DNA from: Candidatus Sericytochromatia bacterium
GTDB lineage: Bacteria; Cyanobacteriota; Sericytochromatia; S15B-MN24; JAQBPE01
Length of the DNA: 26,995 nucleotides
Assembly: GCA_035285125.1 (NCBI GenBank)
Contig: JAYKHR010000063.1
Location: 1-26,995 of the forward strand
Direction of reading: 5' to 3'
In this document: one piece after another, positions 8,678 to 16,073 of the stretch
How the letters are laid out: every line of letters starts with the position of its first letter
Position numbering within the stretch: the first letter of the stretch is position 1
Position numbers and translations under genes: made by a program
The notes under the pieces: model-generated
Database searches by the model: none
What the model saw: only the letters and a program-made list of their open reading frames with translations
What the model was told of the DNA's origin: nothing

Positions 8678-9220
8678 ATGACGTTTGACTTTCAGCCGAC
8701 CCTGAAAGGCCCCACTCTGCTCCTTAACCCCCTGGGAGCCGACGACCTCGATGCCCTGCACGCGGCCGCGAGCGACCCAGCAATCTGGGCCCTTCACCCG
8801 GAGCCGACGCGCTGGCGACGCCAGGTGTTCGAGCGGGGGTTCTTCGCCAGCGCCTTGGCTTCCCGAAGTGCCTTCACCGTGCGCACACGCAGCTCCGGTG
8901 AAGTGATCGGTTCATCACGCTACTATGCGCACGTACCGAACCTCCGCACGGTGTTCGTGGGCTATACCTTTTTGTGTCGGGCGTTCTGGGGCGGTGGCGC
9001 CAACGCGGAGCTCAAGGCGTTGATGCTCGACCACGCCTTTCGGTTCGTCGATGCGGTCTGTTTTCACATAGGGCCTGACAACCTACGGGCGCGCCGATCC
9101 ATCGAAAAGCTGGGTGGCGCGCTCGTGGGGGACGACGACGTCGTTCGTGAGGGACGGACTCAGCAGCGGCTCGTCTACAGGATCACGAGACCGGCAGGCG
9201 AAGGCCGGCCAGAGGACTGA
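8678..9220 (+). CDS. GNAT family N-acetyltransferase (RimJ/RimL-like)
   Basis: FDFQPTL, VIGSSRYY, VGYTFL.R.FWG.G.N.ELK.LML.HAF, N.R...SIEKLG. Confidence 0.88.
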   Translation: MTFDFQPTLKGPTLLLNPLGADDLDALHAAASDPAIWALHPEPTRWRRQVFERGFFASALASRSAFTVRTRSSGEVIGSSRYYAHVPNLRTVFVGYTFLCRAFWGGGANAELKALMLDHAFRFVDAVCFHIGPDNLRARRSIEKLGGALVGDDDVVREGRTQQRLVYRITRPAGEGRPED

Positions 9221-9240
9221 GTAGCACCGTGTGAAGGGGG

Positions 9241-9453
9241 CAGGCACAGCGCCTCGGCATCCACCACAACACCGTGCAGGCCGTGTACCGCACGCTGGCC
9301 GCGCGGGGCGTGGTCGTGCTGCGCGAGGGCAGCGGCGCCTTCATGGCCGAGCAGCACCAGGGCCAGGCCGACGCCACGGGCCTCACGCCCCCCTGCGGCG
9401 CGCACGGGCGTCACACCCGGGGAAGGGGGCGCGGTGGCGTCTGCCTCTTCTAG
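9241..9453 (+). pseudogene. GntR-family HTH regulator fragment
   Basis: AQRLGIHHNTVQAVYRTLAARGVVVLREGSGAF; in-frame TGA at 9232-9234 upstream and no start codon; not in the ORF track. Confidence 0.75.
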
Positions 9454-9939
9454 ACGAGGCCGCTCTGGGACCATTGCCCGGCCCGAGGAGCCCTGCCCCG
9501 AGCTCGAGCAGGCCCTCAGCAACGCCCAGACTTCGTCAGGCTCAGGGCCTACCGCACCCAGCCCGCGTACGGGCAACCCTCGCTTTGTTACTTCTGCGCC
9601 TCATACTTCGCGACGAAGGGCATCGTGTACGTCGCCGGGCGCCTCGACAGGCGCACGATACCGGCCACCATCGAGTTCACCCACGTGCCAGACGGTTGTG
9701 ACTAGGCCTGTCCGAGACGCTGCCGTGGCCCCGGCGGCGAGGCGAAGCCCCCGGTGGGGCCTGGCCGTTCTGTCCGTGGGGCTGACGCTGATCCCGACCA
9801 GCATCTCGCGGAACCAGGCGTGAAGCCTGGAGCGGGAGATCGCGAAGGTGAACGCCGACATGCAGCAGGGCAGGCCCGGAAGCTGGCATACGTCGAGCTG
9901 CTCGGACGCTGACGCTGCGGTCCTGCCGCCCGCGCGCCG

Positions 9940-10502
9940 CTACGGGGCGCTGGTCGTCTGCCACTCCGGTCGCAGCGCCGCGTAGTAAACCATGTCCCAG
10001 TCGCAGCCCCGGTGGTGGAGGGCCGACCGCAGCACGCCCTCCCGCTGCAGGCCGAGCTTCTCCACGACCCGAGCGCTCGCGACGTTCTCGACCTTGCAGC
10101 GGCACTGCAGGCGCGTGACGGGATAGCTCGCGAACACGTGGTCGAGCACGGCCCGCGCGGCCTCGACCACCAGCCCCTGGCCCCAGAGGGGGCGGGCGAG
10201 GGCGTAGGCGATCTCCATCGTCCGGTGATCGCGCGTGACGGCGAAGCAGCCGACGGTGCCCACCACGCGGTCGTCGCCGCGCAGCGTCATGCCGTAGGGC
10301 TCGGGCAGGCCCTCCGCGTAGCGGGGAGAGCGTAATCACGGATGTACCCCTCGCTGTCGGCCTCGGTGCGATGAGGCTCCCACAGCGTGTAGCGGCTCAC
10401 CTCAGGGTCCTGCGCGTAGGCGAAGATCGCTGGCCCGTCGGCGAGCGTGAGGGGGCGCAGGTGGAGCCGTGGGGTGGTGAGCGGGGGGAGGCCAGCAGAC
10501 AT
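9940..10502 (-). pseudogene. RimJ/RimL-like GNAT acetyltransferase, frameshifted
   Basis: LTTPRLHLRPL..D...IFAYAQDPEV in one frame and EIAYAL.R.LWGQG..EN.ASARV.EKLG..EG in another; adding one base to the G4 run at 10323-10326 gives a contiguous 187-aa protein. Confidence 0.85.
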
Positions 10503-10508
10503 TGCGCC

Positions 10509-10517
10509 AAGGTAGCA
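10509..10517 (-). promoter_or_regulatory. extended -10 promoter, probable leaderless transcript
   Basis: TGC-TACCTT, then 6 nt, then ATG (10502); no SD sequence. Confidence 0.45.
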
Positions 10518-10724
10518 CATCCGTGGGTGCCGGGCTCAGTCGGAGCCGCTGTGCCTCACGCGGGGTTGCTGGTGAGCAACGGCGCCCCTTGCGGGCGCTC
10601 CCTTGCGCCCGACGACCCAGGTTCTGCCTACGATGGGATAGCAACCCGATGGGCCACCCGCCAAGGTCCCAGGCCTCACCGCCGGGGACGGCCGGCAGGC
10701 CCTGTCAGCAAGGAGACCGTGCCC

Positions 10725-10855
10725 ATGGCAGGGCCCCCCACTCCTCTGAGGCGCGTGTCGGCCAACTCGTGGCCGAGCGGGCGAGCCGCGTCAAGGTCTT
10801 CGAGCGGTTCGGCATCGACTGCTGCTGCGGCGGCCAGGTGGGCATCGCCGAGGCC
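10725..10855 (+). pseudogene. RIC/YtfE/ScdA N-terminal (DUF542-like) fragment fused to the kdd tail copy
   Basis: AAGGAG RBS and ATG, an early frameshift, then EARVGQLVAERASRVKVFERFGIDCCCGG..IAEA (canonical GID[FY]CCGG); hemerythrin domain absent. Confidence 0.8.
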
Positions 10856-10968
10856 GTGGGGCAGGACGTGGACCTGCTGATGGGCAACGGCTACGCCGAG
10901 GACCAGGCGGCCTACGCGCTGCAGGTGGTGCGGGAAAACCCGGTGCTGGCGGGGCTGGTGCGGCAGGG
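10846..10968 (+). repeat. direct repeat copy 2 (degenerate kdd 3' end)
   Basis: 5 substitutions relative to 7345-7467, including stop TAG to CAG. Confidence 0.95.
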
Positions 10969-10969
10969 C

Positions 10970-11329
10970 TCAGCCTCCGGTGCCCGGCGGCGGGCCAGGA
11001 CACATCGTCGCCGCCGCCGCGACGTCCCGCACCTCCGCGCGAGCAAACAGGGCCGCCAGCTCGTCTTCCCGGATGGTGCCATCACCGTCGGCATCTGCCG
11101 CCGCCGCCTCTGCCGAGGTCAGGGGACGCATCCCACCAGCATCTTGCACCCCGAACATCTTGAGCTCGGCAACCGTGACCCGGCCGTCCGCCCGGCAGGT
11201 GGCCGCCATCGCCAAGGCCCGGCGCGCCAGGCTGGTCGCATTCGCTCCGGCGGCCTGAAGCCCAAGCTGAGGCCCACACCCCACGAGCCAGCAGGCCACG
11301 ACCGCCAGGATGTTCGTTCTCACCGCCAT
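10970..11329 (-). CDS. small EF-hand lipoprotein
   Basis: GGAGG RBS, signal peptide with LVGC lipobox, EF-hand loop DADGDGTIREDE. Confidence 0.7.
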   Translation of the reverse strand: MAVRTNILAVVACWLVGCGPQLGLQAAGANATSLARRALAMAATCRADGRVTVAELKMFGVQDAGGMRPLTSAEAAAADADGDGTIREDELAALFARAEVRDVAAAATMCPGPPPGTGG

Positions 11330-11418
11330 CGCACCCTCCATCCGCTGCTGAGCACGCTCACCATAGCATACAGCCGACACCCAGGGTGTGGAGGCTGCCA
11401 GCGCCGCCCCCTCACCCT

Positions 11419-12324
11419 TCACGGCGCCTCACCCAGCAGCCCCAGCAGCGCCTGCACCGCAGCCACGGGTGCGGCGCCCTCGCGCACGGCGAGGCCGAAG
11501 CGGCGGGTCAGCGAGAGGCCTGCGGGGGCGAGCGGCACGAGGCGCCCGGCGGCCAGGTCCGCGGCGGCCGAGCGGCTGCTGACGGCGGCATAGCCCAGCC
11601 CCGCCGCCACGCAGGCCTTGATGGCCTCGACGCTCTCCAGGCTCATCACCTCGCGCGGCGCCACGCCCGCGGCGGCCAGCCCGGCGTCCACGATGGCCCG
11701 GATGGGGGAGCCGGCGCGCGCGTGGATGAAGGGCGCCCCCGTGAGGTCCGCCGCCGCGATCGGGCGGGCCGCCAGCGGGGCGCCCGGCCAGGCCAGGAAG
11801 GCCACGGGGTCCTCGCACCACGGCGTGATGGCGACGCCCCGCCGGGCCGCCGGCAGCCCGACCACCCCGAGGTCGAGATCGCCGGCGACGAGGGCGTCGA
11901 GCACCTCCGGCGTGCCGGCCTCGCGCAGGTGGACCGTCACGCCCGGCCAGCGCTGCCGGAACGTGGCGAGCCAGGCCGGCAGCAGGTGGATGCTCGCGGT
12001 GGAGCCGGCGCCCACGCGCACGTGGCCAGCCTCGAGGCCCGCCAGCGCGCGCATGTCGCGGCCGAGGGCCGCCAGCTCCTCCAGCGCGCGGGCGGCCCGC
12101 CCCACGGCCGCCTGCCCGGCCGCCGTCAGGGCCACGCCGCGGCCCCGGCGCTCCAGCAGCGCCACGCCCAGCTGCCGCTCCAGCCGCCGGAGCTGGTGGG
12201 TGGCCGCCGGCTGGCTGAGGTGCAGCGAGGCCGCCGCCCGCGTGACGGTGCCGTGGCGGGCGAGGGCCACCAGCAGCTGCAGGGCCGTGAGGTCAGGCAA
12301 GGTCTCGGGGGGCTCGGGGCGCAA
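11419..12324 (-). CDS. LysR-family transcriptional regulator
   Basis: TVTRAA.SLHLSQPA.T.QLRRLE.QLG..LL.R HTH plus substrate-binding domain (EAIK..V.AGLG); TTG start. Confidence 0.93.
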   Translation of the reverse strand: MRPEPPETLPDLTALQLLVALARHGTVTRAAASLHLSQPAATHQLRRLERQLGVALLERRGRGVALTAAGQAAVGRAARALEELAALGRDMRALAGLEAGHVRVGAGSTASIHLLPAWLATFRQRWPGVTVHLREAGTPEVLDALVAGDLDLGVVGLPAARRGVAITPWCEDPVAFLAWPGAPLAARPIAAADLTGAPFIHARAGSPIRAIVDAGLAAAGVAPREVMSLESVEAIKACVAAGLGYAAVSSRSAAADLAAGRLVPLAPAGLSLTRRFGLAVREGAAPVAAVQALLGLLGEAP

Positions 12325-12380
12325 TTGATAATTACCCTGAATACCTTCAATCCAAAAGATTCATTTTATCTATCTCATTC
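12325..12380. promoter_or_regulatory. AT-rich LysR-type divergent control region
   Basis: Sharp AT-rich island with T-N11-A (TAATTACCCTGAA) between lysR and the tauE-like gene. Confidence 0.6.
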
Positions 12381-12462
12381 CCCGGCGTACGATGGAGCCA
12401 TCGGACGGGCGCCCGATCCCTCCCCCCGGGTCCAGCCGGACCCCACGCCGTGGAGGTGCCCC

Positions 12463-13206
12463 ATGTCCATCCTGACCCTCGCCTCGCTCCTGCTCGCCGG
12501 CGTCGCCGCCGGCGTGCTGACGACCGTCGCCGGCCTCGGCGGCGGCATGCTGCTCATCGCCGGCCTGAGCCTCGTGTGGCCCCCCGCCGTGGTGGTGGCG
12601 ACGACGGCCCCCGCCTTGCTGGTCGGCTGCGCCTCCCGGGCCCTGCTGCTGCGCGACGCCATCGCCTGGCCCACGCTGCTGCGCTTCGCCGGGACGGCCG
12701 CCCCGACGGCCGCCGGCGCGAGCCTCGTGGCAGCCACGCTGCCCCCGGCCCTGGGCCAGGGCCTGGTGGCCGCCTTCATCCTGGCGGGCGTCGCCCACGA
12801 GCTTGGGGCGGGCCGGGCGGCTCAGGCCCCCCACGCCGAGCACCCGGGCCGGCTCGCGGCCCTGGCCGGCGCCATCGCGGGCCTCGCGAGCGGCCTGAGC
12901 GGCGGCGGCGGCTTCGTCGCCACGCCGCTGCTGACGCGGGCCGGGCTGGCCCCGCTGGAAGGGGTCGCGACCGGCGCTGCGGCGATGGCCATCGTGCACG
13001 GGGCCAAGATCGTGGGCTTCGGCCTGGCGGACGCGCCGACCCAGGCCTCACTGCCGGCGGTCGCGGCGCTCACGGCGGGCCTGCTGGCCGGCAACGCGCT
13101 GGGGGCGCCCCTGCTGCGGCGGCTCTCGCGAGAAACCTTCCGCCGCCTCACGCTCGCCACGCTGGGGCTGACGGGGGCTTGGCTGCTGGGGACGCTGCCA
13201 GGGTGA
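12463..13206 (+). CDS. TSUP / TauE-SafE (DUF81) family membrane transporter
   Basis: Two G(L/G)GGG signature halves (AGLGGG, SGGGG), multiple hydrophobic helices, GGAGG RBS. Confidence 0.82.
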   Translation: MSILTLASLLLAGVAAGVLTTVAGLGGGMLLIAGLSLVWPPAVVVATTAPALLVGCASRALLLRDAIAWPTLLRFAGTAAPTAAGASLVAATLPPALGQGLVAAFILAGVAHELGAGRAAQAPHAEHPGRLAALAGAIAGLASGLSGGGGFVATPLLTRAGLAPLEGVATGAAAMAIVHGAKIVGFGLADAPTQASLPAVAALTAGLLAGNALGAPLLRRLSRETFRRLTLATLGLTGAWLLGTLPG

Positions 13207-13383
13207 GCCCAGCCTGATGGCGTCACCGCCCGAGCCGGCGCAGCGCTTCACGGCGGCAGGCCCCAGGGAGCGGCCCGGCCCGCACGCCACCTGAAAGGGG
13301 GCAAGCCGGGGCCTGGCCCGGGCATCACCCGGCGAGGGCCGAGGCCGGGCCGCGCCGACGCGCAGGCCCGGCCCCCAGGGGCC

Positions 13384-13866
13384 TCAGAACACGGCTTCGG
13401 GCTGGCTCCCGCCGTCCTTCTCCCCAGCCGGAAGGGCCTTCTGCGCCTTCTCGAGGAGCCTGGTCGCCGCCTGGATCTCGCGGTTGATGCCCTTGATCTC
13501 GCGGTTGGCCGCGGCCACGCCCTCGGCGTCGCCGCTCGCCATGGCCTTGAGCTTGTTCCCCACGGCCTGCTGGAGGGAGTCCCGCAGGTCCGTGAGCTTC
13601 TCGGTCACGGTGGCCACCTGCTTGGCAGCGGCCTCGGGCGTGAGCTTGGGCTGCATGCCCGGCGGCGCCAGATCCAGCTGGGACCGCAGGCGCATCTCCG
13701 CAATGTCCACCGCGTCGGAGGCGATGCTGGGGCCGGCGGCCCCGGCCTTGGCGGCAGTGGCAGCCGCCTCGCCTGCGGCGGCCCCGGCCTTGCCGGCAGC
13801 GCCAGCGGGACCGGCAGGAGTCTTCACAGCGGGGACGGGGAGCGCCTTCTTGATGCCCCCAACCAT
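13384..13866 (-). CDS. hypothetical coiled-coil protein with Ala-rich N-terminus
   Basis: GGAGG RBS, host-like codon use, amphipathic helical C-terminal half. Confidence 0.75.
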   Translation of the reverse strand: MVGGIKKALPVPAVKTPAGPAGAAGKAGAAAGEAAATAAKAGAAGPSIASDAVDIAEMRLRSQLDLAPPGMQPKLTPEAAAKQVATVTEKLTDLRDSLQQAVGNKLKAMASGDAEGVAAANREIKGINREIQAATRLLEKAQKALPAGEKDGGSQPEAVF

Positions 13867-14220
13867 GGGGTTACCTCCGACTAAAGAGAGATTGGCCTCG
13901 CGAGCCCGCAAGGGGCTCCCACGTGTTGCCTACCCGAGATGGGCCCGGTCGAACCGGCAGCCCGGCTCCACCCGAGGCGGTGACAGGCTCCCCGCGCCGC
14001 CACAGCCCGCCTCGCAGGCTGCGCCGACCGCCTGCCAAGGCCACGGCGTGGGCCAGAGGCCCGCAAACCTTCACCCGTCCCTCGCTCACGCTTGATTGAC
14101 CCTTAACAAATTTTGCCCGTTTTGGAACGCCCGGGTAACGGCCGGGGGCCACAACCTCCCCGTCACCCCGCCGAAGCCACCCCGCCGCCCGGCAAGCAGC
14201 GATCAGAGAGAGGCCCCCCG

Positions 14221-15117
14221 ATGCCCACCGCCATCGCCACCAAGCTCAATCAGCTGCTGGGCCTGCAGCCCAAGGCCCCGGCCAAGGCCGACGCCGCCCC
14301 CAAGGCGGGAGCCGCGCCCAGCCGCGCGATGGCCGCGGACCAGCTCAGCCTCGGCGCGATCCCGGCCACCCCGCGCACCTGGCGGGAGAGCGGCGGCTTC
14401 GTGCGGGACGACGCCAACGGCGACCTCGCCATCTGGCGCGTCCAGGACATGAGCCAGACCAAGCCTCACTTCTCGGCCAAGGCCCGCTTCGAGGCCGCCT
14501 GCAAGGACGGCGCGGGGGCCGACTGGACCTGCGACGGGTACCGGATGCAGCAGCTCAAGGTCACGGCGCAGGTCGGCCGCTACCTGAGCACCGAGGTGAT
14601 GAACACCGGCACGCCGCGCGGCGGGGCCGCCCATCCGTGGGTGAACAAGACGCTCGAGACCCTCGATATGGCCACGGGCAAGCCCGTCTCCCTCGACACC
14701 CTCTTCCCCGCCCACTCGCTCTTCGACGCGATGATGAAGGATTCCGTCGTGAAGGAGGCGCTCGCCGGCGCCAAGCCGAAGAACCTGGAGGAGCTGCGCG
14801 AGGCCCTCGCCGGCAAGAAGACCCAGGACGGGCTCTTCCGCTTCCCCACGGAGGGCCTCTTCGACCACTTCAGCTTCCACCACGTGAAGGGCGACCAGGT
14901 GGCCGTCCGCCTGGCCCTGGAGCCGGCCGCCGGCGTCTCGCGCGGCACCTACGCCCAGCTGGGGCTCTACATGGCCATCCCGAAGGAGCTCGAGCGGCAC
15001 CTGGAGTGGGCCGCGGGCCCTGCCGACTCGCCCGAGGTGCGGGCTGGCGTCCTGTGGGAGGAGTACGAGCGCAAGGGTGGCAGCCCCACCATCCGCTTCG
15101 AGAGCACCGGCAAGTAA
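14221..15117 (+). CDS. hypothetical protein, RsiV/DUF3298-DUF4163-like
   Basis: GGAAHP...TLDMATGKPVSLDTLF motif; GAGAGG RBS; host-like codon use. Confidence 0.65.
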   Translation: MPTAIATKLNQLLGLQPKAPAKADAAPKAGAAPSRAMAADQLSLGAIPATPRTWRESGGFVRDDANGDLAIWRVQDMSQTKPHFSAKARFEAACKDGAGADWTCDGYRMQQLKVTAQVGRYLSTEVMNTGTPRGGAAHPWVNKTLETLDMATGKPVSLDTLFPAHSLFDAMMKDSVVKEALAGAKPKNLEELREALAGKKTQDGLFRFPTEGLFDHFSFHHVKGDQVAVRLALEPAAGVSRGTYAQLGLYMAIPKELERHLEWAAGPADSPEVRAGVLWEEYERKGGSPTIRFESTGK

Positions 15118-15146
15118 CGCGGGCAAACCATCGGCCCCGCCTCCTG

Positions 15147-15176
15147 AGCCTCCCCCCGGCCTGTCGGGGGGAGGCT
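15147..15176 (+). terminator. stem-loop after 14221-15117
   Basis: AGCCTCCCCCCGGC / GTCGGGGGGAGGCT inverted repeat with a short U tail. Confidence 0.55.
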
Positions 15177-15394
15177 TCGCCCGTCTGAGCCGGGCCTGCC
15201 GGGGCCCCCGTCCCCCCCGCTCGCCGCAGCAACGACTCGCCTCGCGATCGCTATTTAACCGCTAAACAACCAAATCAACCCGATCGCGTAACCGGCCCGG
15301 AACCGGCCCCGCGGAAACCTTCTCTCGTGAGCCAGGCCGAGGCCGGCCGGCAAGGGTGGCCAGAGCGCCACGGAGAGAGAGAAGGAGCAGGACC

Positions 15395-16063
15395 ATGGGC
15401 ATCGTCAACAGCATCGTCAACCGCCTCGCCCCCGCCGCCGCAGCCACGGCCCAGGACGCGGCCGCGGCCGCCGTCCGCCAGGGCGCCGTCAAGGAGGCCG
15501 TCGAGATGGCCGCCGACCGGGTCGTGATCGGCTACCGGCCGCGCAGCGCCCAGGTGGTGAAGGTGCGGGACGAGGTCCTCAGGTTCGGCCGCGAGATCAC
15601 CCTCGCGGACGTGCAGGCCGAGCAGGCCCTGATGGCGCGCGTGGGCGTCATCGGCTACCAGCCCCGCAGCCTGCGGGGCGGCGACTTCCGCGGCCAGAAC
15701 CTGGCTGGGCTCGACCTGAGCCACTTCGACCTCAAGGGCGCCAAGCTGCAGGGCGCAGACCTCTCCCGGACCAACCTCAAGCTCGCCGACCTCTCGAACG
15801 CCGACCTCACGGGCGCCAACCTCACGGGCACGAACCTCTCGAACGCCTGGCTCGAGAAGGCCACGCTGGTGGGCGCCAGGCTCAACCGCCTCGCCGGCGA
15901 TCTGAAGGAGGCCATCCTCGACGGCGCCATCCTGGGCTACCGCGACGGCAAGCCCGTCGAGCTCAAGAGCGTGTGGAACTTCAAGCGCCAGGCCGCCAAG
16001 CGCAAGGAGCTGGCCCGCCTCGCCGACCACAAGTTCGAGGGCCACGTCACCCACGCCGAGTGA
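15395..16063 (+). CDS. pentapeptide repeat protein
   Basis: AKLQG ADLSR TNLKL ADLSN ADLTG ANLTG repeats; AAGGAG RBS. Confidence 0.9.
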   Translation: MGIVNSIVNRLAPAAAATAQDAAAAAVRQGAVKEAVEMAADRVVIGYRPRSAQVVKVRDEVLRFGREITLADVQAEQALMARVGVIGYQPRSLRGGDFRGQNLAGLDLSHFDLKGAKLQGADLSRTNLKLADLSNADLTGANLTGTNLSNAWLEKATLVGARLNRLAGDLKEAILDGAILGYRDGKPVELKSVWNFKRQAAKRKELARLADHKFEGHVTHAE

Positions 16064-16073
16064 CGGCTGGCCG

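Noticed and set aside
7345..10968. kdd repeat pair as DGR TR/VR
   Set aside because: Mismatches are not adenine-specific and no reverse transcriptase is present
10502..11593. 363-aa ORF as a real gene
   Set aside because: Accidental read-through of the RIC fragment, the kdd tail with lost stop, and antisense of the lipoprotein and lysR genes
11386..12462. N-terminal extension making a 606-aa TauE fusion
   Set aside because: Antisense to lysR; a good RBS and ATG exist at 12463
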